NCBI GenBank assembly: GCA_964360585.1
Contig: CAYHXC010000005.1
Location: forward strand, 7,947-71,946
DNA: 64,000 bases
Origin: an uncultured Candidatus Saccharibacteria bacterium
GTDB lineage: Bacteria; Patescibacteriota; Minisyncoccia; UBA6257; 2-01-FULL-56-20
Reading direction: 5' to 3'
In this document: positions 28,545 through 38,209 of the stretch, one piece after another
How positions within the stretch are numbered: position 1 is the stretch's first letter
Layout: each line of letters begins with the position of its first letter
The notes under the pieces: model-generated
Databases searched by the model: none
What the model saw: only the letters and a program-made list of their open reading frames with translations
What the model was told of the DNA's origin: nothing
Program-made: the position numbers and the translations under genes

Positions 28545-28604
28545 ATGGCAAAGAAAAAAGCTACGAAGAAGAAAGCAGGAGGAAAGAAAAAGAAGCGAGC
28601 ATAG
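28545..28604 (+). CDS. 19-aa Lys-rich peptide (not in ORF track)
   Basis: MAKKKATKKKAGGKKKKRA*, followed by a strong terminator. Confidence 0.6.
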   Translation: MAKKKATKKKAGGKKKKRA

Positions 28605-28612
28605 TTTCTCCT

Positions 28613-28642
28613 AACCCCCGCGCAAGCGGGGGTTTTGCTTTT
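28613..28642 (+). terminator. Intrinsic terminator
   Basis: aacccccgc-gcaa-gcgggggtt followed by T-rich sequence. Confidence 0.8.
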
Positions 28643-28716
28643 CACGGCGTTTATTTTTTTGCGTGACTCTCGAAAAAGTGATATAATAGCATCAGGAAAA
28701 ATCCTGTACAAAAACC

Positions 28717-29055
28717 ATGAAAATCAGTATTTTAGGGAGTCATTTAGACGTTACACCAAGTCTTAAGATCTATGTCGAGGACAAGCTTGGGGGTTTGGCT
28801 AAGCTCGTAAAGCACTTTGATGAAGAGGGGGTGGCCGAGCTGAAGGTAGAGCTGGCTCGATCTACTGCCCACCATAAGAAAGGCTTGGTTTTTCGGGTTG
28901 ATGCCAATCTTCGCCTGCCGCATAAGATGCTTCGGGCGGATAACGAAAATACCGATATCCGGGCGGCCATCGACCTGGTCGAGGATAAGTTGAAGAGTGA
29001 AATCGCAAAATATAAAACGCAGCATGAAGTGAAGCGCGGCGATCGTGAGAAATAA
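28717..29055 (+). CDS. hpf: Ribosome hibernation factor (HPF/RaiA)
   Basis: HLDVTPSLKIYVEDKL...DIRAAIDLVEDKL; upstream of secA. Confidence 0.9.
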   Translation: MKISILGSHLDVTPSLKIYVEDKLGGLAKLVKHFDEEGVAELKVELARSTAHHKKGLVFRVDANLRLPHKMLRADNENTDIRAAIDLVEDKLKSEIAKYKTQHEVKRGDREK

Positions 29056-29058
29056 TAA

Positions 29059-31665
29059 ATGTTAGATTTTTTAAAAAATCTTTTCCCCGATCGTTCCCTC
29101 GATAACCTAAAAGAAGAAGTTGTAGCCATAAATGAACTGGAAGCCGAGATATCCCAGTTGAGCGACGAGGAGTTAAAAGAAAAAAGTAAGGAACTGAAAG
29201 AACAACTCGCGGATGAGAAAAATATTTCTTCTTCCCGACGGGTGGCTTTTGCGGTGGCGCGTGAAGTGGCTAAGCGCACGCTCGGTCAGCGACCATTCGA
29301 TGTCCAGTTGTTGGGTGGTTTGATTTTGGATCGTGGCGGTGTGGCGGAGATGTCAACGGGAGAAGGAAAGACGTTGACTGCGGTGGCGCCAGTTTATTTC
29401 AATGCTCTTTTTGGACGAGGCGCTCACGTGGTTACGGTGAACGACTATCTGGCTCGGCGTGACGTGGCCTGGATGGGTCAGGTGTATCAGGCGCTTGGTC
29501 TTTCGGTTTCCTGTATTGTGCCGGGCGTGGCCTATATGTACGATCCGGCGTTTCGAGTTTCCGAAGACGCCCAAGCGCTTATAGACAAAGAACGGGACAC
29601 GACTGGGAGTTTTTTGGTCCAGCAGGAGTTTTTGCGGCCGATCTCCCGTCGGGAGGCGTATCTGGCAGATATTACTTACGGCACTAATCATGAGTTTGGC
29701 TTTGATTACTTAAGAGACAATCTGATCCAGAACGTGGCCGATCAGGTTCAGCGACCGCACCACTATGCCGTCATCGACGAGGTGGACAGTATATTAATAG
29801 ACGAAGCTCGAACGCCCTTGATTATTGCCGCGCCGGACGCGCAGTCGAGTGAGTACTATAAAACTTTTGCCCGCGTGGTCAGTCGTCTCACGAGAGACGA
29901 AGATTATACCGTGGATGAGAAACTGAAAGTGGTGCGGATTTTAGATAGCGGTATTGAGAAGGTAGAAAAAGCGCTCAATATCCAAAATATCTACACCCCG
30001 GAGAACCTTCGCCTCGTGCATTATTTAGAGGAAAGCTTGAAGGCCCACGCCCTTTTCCGTCTCGACAAAGATTACGTTAATAAAAATGGCGAGATCGTGA
30101 TCGTTGATGAATTCACCGGCCGTTTGCTCCACGGGCGGCGATATAATGGCGGACTGCATCAGGCGATCGAGGCTAAAGAAGGCGTACATATAAAGGAAGA
30201 GTCGCGAACCTACGCCAAGATTTCGATTCAGAACTACTTCCGTTTATACAAGAAGATTGCCGGTATGACCGGTACGGCCCAGACTTCGGCCGAAGAGTTT
30301 CATAAGGTCTACAATCTCGAAGTGACGAGTATTCCGACCAACCGGCCGACGGCACGCGAGGATATGTCGGATGCGATCTATAAAAATTCGGAGGTAAAGT
30401 GGGGAGCGATTGTCCAAAAAGTGGAAGAGTTGTATCAAAAAGGCCAGCCGGTTTTGTTGGGCACGACTTCGATCGAGAAAAACGAGATGCTTTCGCGACA
30501 ACTGACACGGGCGGGAATTCCCCATGAACTTTTAAATGCTAAAAATAATGAGCGCGAGGGTTCGATTATTGCGCAAGCTGGCAAGTTTAAGGCGGTTACC
30601 GTTGCGACTAATATGGCTGGTCGCGGGGTGGACGTCATTTTAGGCGGCAATCCGCCGGATCCCGAGTTAGCAAAAAAGGTGAAGGATTTAGGCGGTTTAT
30701 TTGTGATCGGCACCGAGCGGCATGAAGCACGGCGTATTGATAACCAGCTTCGCGGACGATCCGGCCGTCAGGGCGACCCCGGCGCCTCACAGTTCTTCCT
30801 ATCTTTAGACGATGACCTGATGCGCATCTTCGGCGGCGAGCGGGTAAAAAGTTTAATGGAGCGGTTCCGTCTGCCGGATGATTTGCCAATTGATATGCCG
30901 GTTATTTCGCGCGTTGTCGGCGAAGCCCAAGCCAAAGTGGAAGGAGCGAACTTCGATATGCGAAAACATTTGCTTGAGTACGATGATGTTCTGAATAAAC
31001 AGCGCATCGCGGTTTATAAGCGCCGCAATGAAATTCTAACGAGCTTCGAGAAAAAAGTTTTGGCCGAAAAAGTTCGTGAGGCAATTCTTGGTCATCTCGA
31101 AAAAATAAATCAGCAAGTTGAGATTTCAGAAAACCCCATCGAAACCTGGGAGGAGATAAAGAAAACTATTCTTACTGCGAAGATTGTCCCGAACGATTTT
31201 TCTTGGGGCGAGTTAGGAGAGATTGAAAATGTAAGAGAAGAAATCGCGAGGCAGTCCGAGGAGATCGCCGGCCAGCCGCAGACGATCAACCGTCTTTTGG
31301 GGATTTTAGACATGCTCTGGCTGAACCATTTGGAAAATAATGAGGCCTTGAGTGAATCAATTGGCTTGCGGGCGTATGGTCAGCATGATCCGTTGGTTGA
31401 ATATCGGCGAGAAAGTCATCGATTATTTACCGAGTTTTGGGATATGTTCAACGCCTGGGTGTTTGAAAACATCTTCCGGCTGGCAGAAGCAACTAACGAC
31501 CAACAACTTATAACTAATAACCAAAACGTACCCGTTACAAGTCATCAGTCTTCAGTTGTCAGTTCGCCTACTGGCGAGAAAGTGGGTCGGAATGATCCGT
31601 GTCCATGCGGAGCGACAAATACCGATGGAAGTCCAAAGAAGTATAAGCACTGCCATGGAAAATAA
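29059..31665 (+). CDS. secA: Preprotein translocase SecA
   Basis: MSTGEGKT, DEVDSILIDEARTPL, NMAGRG, QLRGRSGRQGDPG, C-terminal SEC-C. Confidence 0.98.
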   Translation: MLDFLKNLFPDRSLDNLKEEVVAINELEAEISQLSDEELKEKSKELKEQLADEKNISSSRRVAFAVAREVAKRTLGQRPFDVQLLGGLILDRGGVAEMSTGEGKTLTAVAPVYFNALFGRGAHVVTVNDYLARRDVAWMGQVYQALGLSVSCIVPGVAYMYDPAFRVSEDAQALIDKERDTTGSFLVQQEFLRPISRREAYLADITYGTNHEFGFDYLRDNLIQNVADQVQRPHHYAVIDEVDSILIDEARTPLIIAAPDAQSSEYYKTFARVVSRLTRDEDYTVDEKLKVVRILDSGIEKVEKALNIQNIYTPENLRLVHYLEESLKAHALFRLDKDYVNKNGEIVIVDEFTGRLLHGRRYNGGLHQAIEAKEGVHIKEESRTYAKISIQNYFRLYKKIAGMTGTAQTSAEEFHKVYNLEVTSIPTNRPTAREDMSDAIYKNSEVKWGAIVQKVEELYQKGQPVLLGTTSIEKNEMLSRQLTRAGIPHELLNAKNNEREGSIIAQAGKFKAVTVATNMAGRGVDVILGGNPPDPELAKKVKDLGGLFVIGTERHEARRIDNQLRGRSGRQGDPGASQFFLSLDDDLMRIFGGERVKSLMERFRLPDDLPIDMPVISRVVGEAQAKVEGANFDMRKHLLEYDDVLNKQRIAVYKRRNEILTSFEKKVLAEKVREAILGHLEKINQQVEISENPIETWEEIKKTILTAKIVPNDFSWGELGEIENVREEIARQSEEIAGQPQTINRLLGILDMLWLNHLENNEALSESIGLRAYGQHDPLVEYRRESHRLFTEFWDMFNAWVFENIFRLAEATNDQQLITNNQNVPVTSHQSSVVSSPTGEKVGRNDPCPCGATNTDGSPKKYKHCHGK

Positions 31666-31686
31666 TTACAGACAAAGAGTTGAATC

Positions 31687-31989
31687 ATGAAATATAACAA
31701 GCTCGTTCGGGATAAGATTCCGGAAATTATTAGAGAAAAGGGAGGAACGCCCGTCAGTCATGTGGCGAGCGAGGCAGAGTATTGGGAGAAACTCAAGGAA
31801 AAATTGAACGAAGAAGTGAAAGAGTGGCAGGAAGTAGAGTCTCTCGAGGAGATGGCTGATGTTTTTGAGGTGATTACCGCAATTCTCGAGGTGAAGCATT
31901 GGACGATCGAAGCCGTGGTTAAGGTTCAGCAAAGAAAACGGGGTGAGCGCGGCGCATTCAAAGAGAAAATTATTCTAGATGAGGCATAG
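31687..31989 (+). CDS. MazG-like nucleoside triphosphate pyrophosphohydrolase
   Basis: [32 protein letters not shown]. Confidence 0.85.
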   Translation: MKYNKLVRDKIPEIIREKGGTPVSHVASEAEYWEKLKEKLNEEVKEWQEVESLEEMADVFEVITAILEVKHWTIEAVVKVQQRKRGERGAFKEKIILDEA

Positions 31990-31991
31990 TT

Positions 31992-32258
31992 ATGGTAACT
32001 ATTAAGAAAAAAACGTGGCCGGAGTATTTCGAGGAGGTTTTATCTGGGAAAAAGAAATTCGATCTTCGGCTAAACGATTTTAAACTCAAAGAAGGGGACA
32101 CACTTCTGCTTCAGGAATGGGATCCAAGAACGAAAGAATATACTGGACGAGAGATAGGGAAAAAGGTAATCAATATCCACACCTTTGGGTTAAACGATTT
32201 TGGCCAAGAGAAAGAGATAAAAGAAAAAGGATTTCTCATTATCTCGCTCGAGGATTAA
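31992..32258 (+). CDS. DUF3850/ASCH-like protein
   Basis: PEYFEEVLSGKKKFDLRLND...GDTLLLQEWD...YTGR. Confidence 0.8.
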   Translation: MVTIKKKTWPEYFEEVLSGKKKFDLRLNDFKLKEGDTLLLQEWDPRTKEYTGREIGKKVINIHTFGLNDFGQEKEIKEKGFLIISLED

Positions 32259-32267
32259 AATAGAGAG

Positions 32268-34190
32268 ATGACGAAACAGGCATTTTTGAAACACGGTTCG
32301 GTATCGGCAAAGTCTTTAGCGAAGGAGGCTGACTTGGTGTTGAAGAAGGCCAAGTCAGCAGTCGCTGTTCTTCTTGCTCCGAAAAAGCAACGAACTTCAG
32401 AAAATACGCTCCAACCTCTAAACACCGTTCATCAGGTCCTTTTTGAGATACGGAATAAGGCCTCGCTTTTCGCCCAAGTACATCCTGATCCGAAAGTGCG
32501 AGAGATCGCGGAGAAATCCATCGAGCGGGTATCTCAATTCTTGACCAATCTTTATTTACAAAGAGACGTTTTCGAGGCGCTTTCCTCGGTTTCTCCAAAA
32601 AATCTTGATGCTGATGCCAAGCGGTTTTTGAAGAAGGAGCTGTTCGACTTTCGATTGAGCGGTGTTGATAAACCGCCAGCGGTTCGGAAGAAGATCGCCG
32701 CACTTACAAAGCAGATGGTGGCGCTTGGCCAAACGTTCGACCGCAACATTAAAGACGGTACCCGTTTTATTAAAATTCGACCGGAAGAGCTCGAAGGATT
32801 GCCGGAGGACTTTAGGCAGAGTCATCATCCTGACAAGCAAGGTCTGGTCACAATCTCCACGCAGTATCCGGACTCGGTGCCATTCATGCAGTACGCTAAA
32901 AGTGAAAATGCACGGCGAGCATTGCTGATGGAAAATTCAAATCGTGCCTGGCCAAAAAATGACGCTGTCTTCCTAAAACTTCTCGCTGTTCGGAAAAAAA
33001 TCGCTAACCTTCTCGGTTATAAGGACTGGGCGGCGTACGTGACGGTGGACAAGATGGCGCGGTCGCCCCAGCGAGTGGATACTTTTCTTCGCGAGATTGA
33101 TCGGGTGACGAAAGAACGGGCTAAAAAAGACTTCGCTTTACTTCTCACGATAAAACAGAAAGATCAGCCAGGGGCGAAATCAATTATGGCCTGGGAAGGA
33201 AGTTACTATGACAACCTGGCAATGAAAGCGGTGGTCGGGTTAGATACGCAAGAGGTGAGGAAGTATTTTACGTTTCAGCCGACGAAGCAGGGGATTTTAA
33301 AAGCAGCAGAACGTTTGTTCGGTCTCTCGTTCCAGCCGCAAAATGTAAAAACGTGGCATAAGGATGTCGAGGTGTATGATGTCTATCAGAATAAAAAACT
33401 GATCGGTCGGTTCTATCTTGATCTTCATCCCCGCGAGAACAAGTACAATCACGCCGCCTGCTTTGAGATACAGCAGGGGATTACGAATACGCAGCTACCG
33501 GAAGCGGCTTTGATCTGTAATTTTTCACGAGGACTTTTAGATCATAGCGAGGTGGTCACGTTTCTCCATGAGTTCGGCCACCTGATGCATTTTATTCTGG
33601 CCGGCAAACAAAAGTGGATTCGGTTTAGTGGATTTGCGACGGAGTGGGATTTTGTCGAGGCGCCATCGCAGATGCTCGAGTCCTGGGCGTTTGATTATGA
33701 AACCTTGAAAACCTTCGCGCGACACACGGAAACGGGCGAAGTAATTCCTGAAGAACTCGTCGAGAAATTAAAAAAGTCAGACAACTTCGGAAAAGGAATC
33801 TGGCAACGGCGACAACTTTTTTTAACTACGCTTTCTTTGGAGTATCATCGCCGCACCATAAAAACGAATAACGATCTTTTGAAAGTAGTGAAGGAATTGC
33901 AAAAGAAATACAGTGCTTTTGCCTACGTTCCCGGAACACACTCATATGCCAGCTTCGGCCATTTAAATGGTTATTCGGCGATCTACTATACCTATCTCTG
34001 GTCACGAGCCATTGCCGAGGATATTCTGGGACCGTTCGAAAAGAAGGGAATGTATAATCGCGAGGTTGCTCGCCGCTATCGCGAACTGATTCTGGCTCGC
34101 GGCGGATCAGAAGACGCTGAAGATCTGCTCAAAGATTTTTTAGGTCGGAAGTGGAATCTCGCGCGATTCCGAAGGTGGCTCGAAAAATAA
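32268..34190 (+). CDS. M3 family metallopeptidase (thimet oligopeptidase-like)
   Basis: FYLDLHPRENK, TFLHEFGH, DFVEAPSQMLE, GYSAIYYTYLWS. Confidence 0.93.
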   Translation: MTKQAFLKHGSVSAKSLAKEADLVLKKAKSAVAVLLAPKKQRTSENTLQPLNTVHQVLFEIRNKASLFAQVHPDPKVREIAEKSIERVSQFLTNLYLQRDVFEALSSVSPKNLDADAKRFLKKELFDFRLSGVDKPPAVRKKIAALTKQMVALGQTFDRNIKDGTRFIKIRPEELEGLPEDFRQSHHPDKQGLVTISTQYPDSVPFMQYAKSENARRALLMENSNRAWPKNDAVFLKLLAVRKKIANLLGYKDWAAYVTVDKMARSPQRVDTFLREIDRVTKERAKKDFALLLTIKQKDQPGAKSIMAWEGSYYDNLAMKAVVGLDTQEVRKYFTFQPTKQGILKAAERLFGLSFQPQNVKTWHKDVEVYDVYQNKKLIGRFYLDLHPRENKYNHAACFEIQQGITNTQLPEAALICNFSRGLLDHSEVVTFLHEFGHLMHFILAGKQKWIRFSGFATEWDFVEAPSQMLESWAFDYETLKTFARHTETGEVIPEELVEKLKKSDNFGKGIWQRRQLFLTTLSLEYHRRTIKTNNDLLKVVKELQKKYSAFAYVPGTHSYASFGHLNGYSAIYYTYLWSRAIAEDILGPFEKKGMYNREVARRYRELILARGGSEDAEDLLKDFLGRKWNLARFRRWLEK

Positions 34191-34211
34191 AAAGTCCCGG
34201 ATTAAGGGGAC

Positions 34212-34973
34212 TTAGTTGAAAACGAAAAGGATGCGCGCTTCGATTGGCGCGAGCTCCCGAAGGTAAGCTGTCCAGGCACGGAAGAGCGCCAGCGACACAT
34301 GATCCTTTTTCACCTCCTGCCACGAGGCTGTCCCCAAGGTCTCCGCTTCTTCGAGCCATCGGGATACGTCGAGGCAGGATCTCCACAAGAAGGGAGGATC
34401 CATGATCGGGTGATAGCTATCGGGGGCGATCAATCTTTTGAATGCTGGTTCGGCAAGCACGATAGTGTCGTTGTGACGAGCTATCTTCCACGAATCTGCT
34501 CGGTTCCGATCTTCGTAGGAGAAAGGATTGCTGACATCAACATACTCGCGGTTCGGATCCGCTTGCTCCAACTCCTCCATCCGCTCATGTCTACTTTTGG
34601 CCATCAGAAAGGTTGGCGCAAAGTCGGCCTGAGTGAAGGTCTTATCGTCGAGAATGACAAATAGTCGAGACAGGATAGCGTCCATGACGCAGATGCCAGC
34701 TCGACTCCGACCATTGAAACAAAGGTGACTGAAGCGGGAGGCAGTCAGTTTTTCCAAATGAGTCACGTGTCCAAGGTCGATGACCTCGTAAGCTTGCCAG
34801 ATCCTTACCAGTTCTTCGGCTTTAGGTTCTCTGTCACCACCTTCAGCTGGTGGGTCTGGATATCGTTGCGGTCGCATCTCGGGAAAGAGAATGAGAAGTC
34901 TTGCTTCGAAGTCCATCGATAACCTCCATGAGTTGGTCTTTGCTACGGTCTTTATAGCAAGAAGTAGAGCCAT
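34212..34973 (-). CDS. Hypothetical protein
   Basis: 253-aa ORF, start uncertain. Confidence 0.55.
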   Translation of the reverse strand: MALLLAIKTVAKTNSWRLSMDFEARLLILFPEMRPQRYPDPPAEGGDREPKAEELVRIWQAYEVIDLGHVTHLEKLTASRFSHLCFNGRSRAGICVMDAILSRLFVILDDKTFTQADFAPTFLMAKSRHERMEELEQADPNREYVDVSNPFSYEDRNRADSWKIARHNDTIVLAEPAFKRLIAPDSYHPIMDPPFLWRSCLDVSRWLEEAETLGTASWQEVKKDHVSLALFRAWTAYLRELAPIEARILFVFN

Positions 34974-35021
34974 TCTCAAGCTCGTGCCCTTTTCTGATTT
35001 TTCGGGTACTATTTTTGTACT

Positions 35022-35447
35022 ATGGAAAATCAAATAACTTTGCAGGTAGGGGTGAAGGCTCTGCTTAAAAACAAAGAGGGCCAGTATCTGCTTCTACGGC
35101 GATCACTCGAGAAGTATCCGGGTATTCAAGGACGTTGGGACATTGTTGGTGGACGGATTGATCCGGGGAGCGAGTTGATTGAAAACTTGAAAAGAGAGAT
35201 TAAGGAGGAAACCGGCTTAAACCTTGTGGGTGCTCCTACGTTGGTTGGTGCCCAAGATATTTTGAGGCCGGGCAAGCATGTGGTTCGGTTGACCTATATT
35301 GGCGAAGTGGAGGGCGAGATTGTCTTAGACGAGAGTGAGAACGATCAGTACAAGTGGTATGTGTGGGAGGAGATTCTGAAAATCGATGATCTCGATATGT
35401 ATTTTAAGGAACTTTTATCGGATCTAGTAAAGGTGATTCAGAAATAA
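35022..35447 (+). CDS. NUDIX hydrolase
   Basis: GGRIDPGSELIENLKREIKEETGL. Confidence 0.9.
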   Translation: MENQITLQVGVKALLKNKEGQYLLLRRSLEKYPGIQGRWDIVGGRIDPGSELIENLKREIKEETGLNLVGAPTLVGAQDILRPGKHVVRLTYIGEVEGEIVLDESENDQYKWYVWEEILKIDDLDMYFKELLSDLVKVIQK

Positions 35448-35479
35448 CATTCTAACATTCTGCAGAATGTTAGAATGTT
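35446..35479. repeat. 34-bp perfect loop-less palindrome
   Basis: aacattctaacattctg|cagaatgttagaatgtt. Confidence 0.9.
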
Positions 35480-35487
35480 TGTGAAAT

Positions 35488-36189
35488 ATGATATTTCTCA
35501 AATTTACTAAGTTTCCACAGGTGAGGTATGGATTTTCAAGTCAGCAGGATGGTTCGATGCATCGACATTTGGAGAAGACGAATCGTGAACGATATTTTTC
35601 AGATATCGGAATTCGACCGGAGCAAGTGATAACTGCAGACCTAGTTCACGGCAATCACGTCACATTTGTTTCAGGGGAAGATAGTGGAAAGATGATTGCG
35701 GCGACCGATGGGCTAATCACAAACGAGAAGAATCTTTTTCTTTCCATTACTACGGCGGACTGTTATCCAGTTTATTTCTACGACCCGGTGCAAAAATGTA
35801 TCGGCATTGCTCATGCTGGTTGGCGAGGGACGCTCGGAAATATTATTCAGGAAACAGTTGAAGCTTTGATCGGGAATTTTAAAACGAAACCTTCAGACTT
35901 ACGCGTCGGTATCGGTCCAGCCATCAGAAAGTGTCACTTTGAAATCAGTCGCGGGGATAAAGGTAAATATGAAAACTATCCAGAATGTATCTCTGAAAAA
36001 CAAGGGAAAGTGTTTGTGGATTTGGCTGGCATCATTAAGTTTCAGTTACTCAGGGATGGAGTAATAGAGGAGCATATCGAAGATTGTGGTCTTTGCACCT
36101 ATTGCGAGACGGGAAATTGTTTCTCGTATCGTCGAGATCAGCCGAAGGAGATCCAGCCTATGATCGGGTATATTGGTTTAATGCGATGA
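35488..36189 (+). CDS. pgeF: YfiH/PgeF family protein
   Basis: LVHG, TDGLIT, TADCYP, HAGWRG, IGPAI, CT...FSYRR. Confidence 0.9.
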   Translation: MIFLKFTKFPQVRYGFSSQQDGSMHRHLEKTNRERYFSDIGIRPEQVITADLVHGNHVTFVSGEDSGKMIAATDGLITNEKNLFLSITTADCYPVYFYDPVQKCIGIAHAGWRGTLGNIIQETVEALIGNFKTKPSDLRVGIGPAIRKCHFEISRGDKGKYENYPECISEKQGKVFVDLAGIIKFQLLRDGVIEEHIEDCGLCTYCETGNCFSYRRDQPKEIQPMIGYIGLMR

Positions 36190-36334
36190 ATTGACTTCGT
36201 TGGAGAGAGTATGTAAAAAGGAGTCAGGACATTGATTTCAAACTACTACTTGTTGCGGGCGTTCGCGCTCAAAGCAGGGCTTCTTTTGCTCGCAGAAGAA
36301 GTGAACCGTAGCTTGGGCTACAAAAGGAAACAAC

Positions 36335-37465
36335 ATGAGCCGTCAAGATGAAGCAGATCTTCTGAAGATTGGATTCGGCGCCGGGGGAAATGATTTCCTT
36401 GCCGTGCATTGGTTCCGATCTGCCACTCACGAGGAGCGAATTCACGCCGTTCAAGTGGCACTGGAAGAAGCGGGGCAGAAGAATGAAGACAAGGTTGGGA
36501 TTGAACTCTTCGCTTTGTTGGAGAATATGGTGGATCTTCAGGAAGAGTTGGCGGAAGCTGCCAAGCCGACAGGGCGTCACTACGGCGAAGCTGCTGAGAG
36601 AGCCAAGCAAATCATTCGTTCGTACGTCGCAGATCTCTACTGGAAGTTGCCTAACCTTCGATTCTCGGGTTATTCCAGCAGGCAGGATCCTGCAGCGACG
36701 ATGGTCGAGACCAAAATGGCACTCCTAAAGAGGATCATTGGCGCATGGCTTCCTCAAGGGACGAAGGAAAGTCGTGAAGCATTCGGATTCATAATCGCAG
36801 TTTGCTATCCTCTTCCCACAAACCAGTTTCGACCTAGCGGAGAGAGTGTGGCCGAAACGAAGGCTCGCGGCCGAATGGTCTTTCCCGAGGAGCGGGAAAA
36901 AATATTTGCGCTCATCCGCGACCACATCTCTTTCTGGAAAGCAGACCAGCTGGACCCGTGGATTTTGGAGCCACGCCTTCCAGCTGATATCCAGAAAATA
37001 CTGATCATCACTCGGGCTCGGAATGGCGGAATGGAGCTGGTGCGGCGGGAATTGGAGCAGGCACGCATTCTACAGCCACTCGATTCATCTGGACGCTCGC
37101 CAGCGGTATTCGCATTTCTGGAGAGATTTTTTCCGGAATTAAGGAACTTCGACGCTCGGCTGGCCCAGCTTCGGGAGCAGATGCGACCGGCAAAACATTG
37201 GTCATCGGACAAGGACCGAGAAATCGGAGGTTCAGAAATGGTCCTGGGAGAGATCACAGTGGAAATCTCCAGCTTGCAATCTGCCCTCATTCGGGTGACC
37301 CTCGAGAAGGACTGTTCTCGAGAGTTGGGAATGGATATTGCCGGTCGAGTCCGCCGTCATGTTCGGGCCTGGGTGGAAAAGAATTCCGGCATCGACATTT
37401 CCCTCGAAGTGAATGGAGGAAAGGGGAATCTGTGTATTGCAGAAACCCAGCGCATTCGAAAGTAG
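36335..37465 (+). CDS. Hypothetical protein
   Basis: 376-aa ORF with upstream AAGGA and a TTGACT promoter. Confidence 0.65.
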   Translation: MSRQDEADLLKIGFGAGGNDFLAVHWFRSATHEERIHAVQVALEEAGQKNEDKVGIELFALLENMVDLQEELAEAAKPTGRHYGEAAERAKQIIRSYVADLYWKLPNLRFSGYSSRQDPAATMVETKMALLKRIIGAWLPQGTKESREAFGFIIAVCYPLPTNQFRPSGESVAETKARGRMVFPEEREKIFALIRDHISFWKADQLDPWILEPRLPADIQKILIITRARNGGMELVRRELEQARILQPLDSSGRSPAVFAFLERFFPELRNFDARLAQLREQMRPAKHWSSDKDREIGGSEMVLGEITVEISSLQSALIRVTLEKDCSRELGMDIAGRVRRHVRAWVEKNSGIDISLEVNGGKGNLCIAETQRIRK

Positions 37466-37527
37466 CGTACCCGCAGGCCACATAACTGGCCTGTTTTTTA
37501 TTTGGGCAAAAGATTACTATTGGAGTT

Positions 37528-38016
37528 ATGGAAAATCAGCACCTTCACGAAGTCGTCATTACAGCTATGATTGTTCAAGGGGGCAAGTACCTGATTACAA
37601 AGCGATCGGCCTCGAAGAAGCGTTTTCCCAATATGTGGACAGTTCCGGGAGGAAAGTTAGAGTCTAAGGACTATCTCGAACTGCCCAAAGATACCAAAGA
37701 CTATTGGTACAACGTTCTAGAACGAACTCTACGGCGGGAAGTAAAAGAAGAGGTTGGTATCGACATCGAAAATATTGAGTACGTAACCAGCCTTGCTACT
37801 GTGCACGCTGATGGCAGTCCGTCGTTGGTCATCTCGTGCATGGCTGATTATAAAGGCGGGGAAATTACGCTTGATCCGGCAGAATGCGATGAGTATGCCT
37901 GGGTGAGCTTAGAAGAAGCTAAATCAAAAGATCTCATTGATGGTATTTATGATGAGTTGGCAATGGTAGAGAATAAACGCCTGGGTAAAAAATCGGAATG
38001 GCAACGATCTGAATAG
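37528..38016 (+). CDS. NUDIX hydrolase
   Basis: WTVPGGKLE...LRREVKEEVGI, with an insertion in the Nudix box. Confidence 0.88.
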   Translation: MENQHLHEVVITAMIVQGGKYLITKRSASKKRFPNMWTVPGGKLESKDYLELPKDTKDYWYNVLERTLRREVKEEVGIDIENIEYVTSLATVHADGSPSLVISCMADYKGGEITLDPAECDEYAWVSLEEAKSKDLIDGIYDELAMVENKRLGKKSEWQRSE

Positions 38017-38074
38017 AGCTGGCACACTTGGAAAAAAGAAGGGGAGGCCGTAAGATTGTATCGCACTAATATGC

Positions 38075-38209
38075 GTCCCCGCACCTAATGGGAAGTGGGG
38101 TGGTAAAAATAGAGTTAGTTAACTGATCATTATGATTATGCAAAAAGTCGGCAACCTTAGAGCGGAACTCCGTTTCTTAGAAACGGTTCTTCCCATTAGG
38201 TGAGGGGAT
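38075..38209. repeat. CCCCACACC-family element, copy D (ends in the yvcK ATG)
   Basis: gtccccgcacctaatgggaag/cttcccattaggtgaggggat. Confidence 0.9.
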
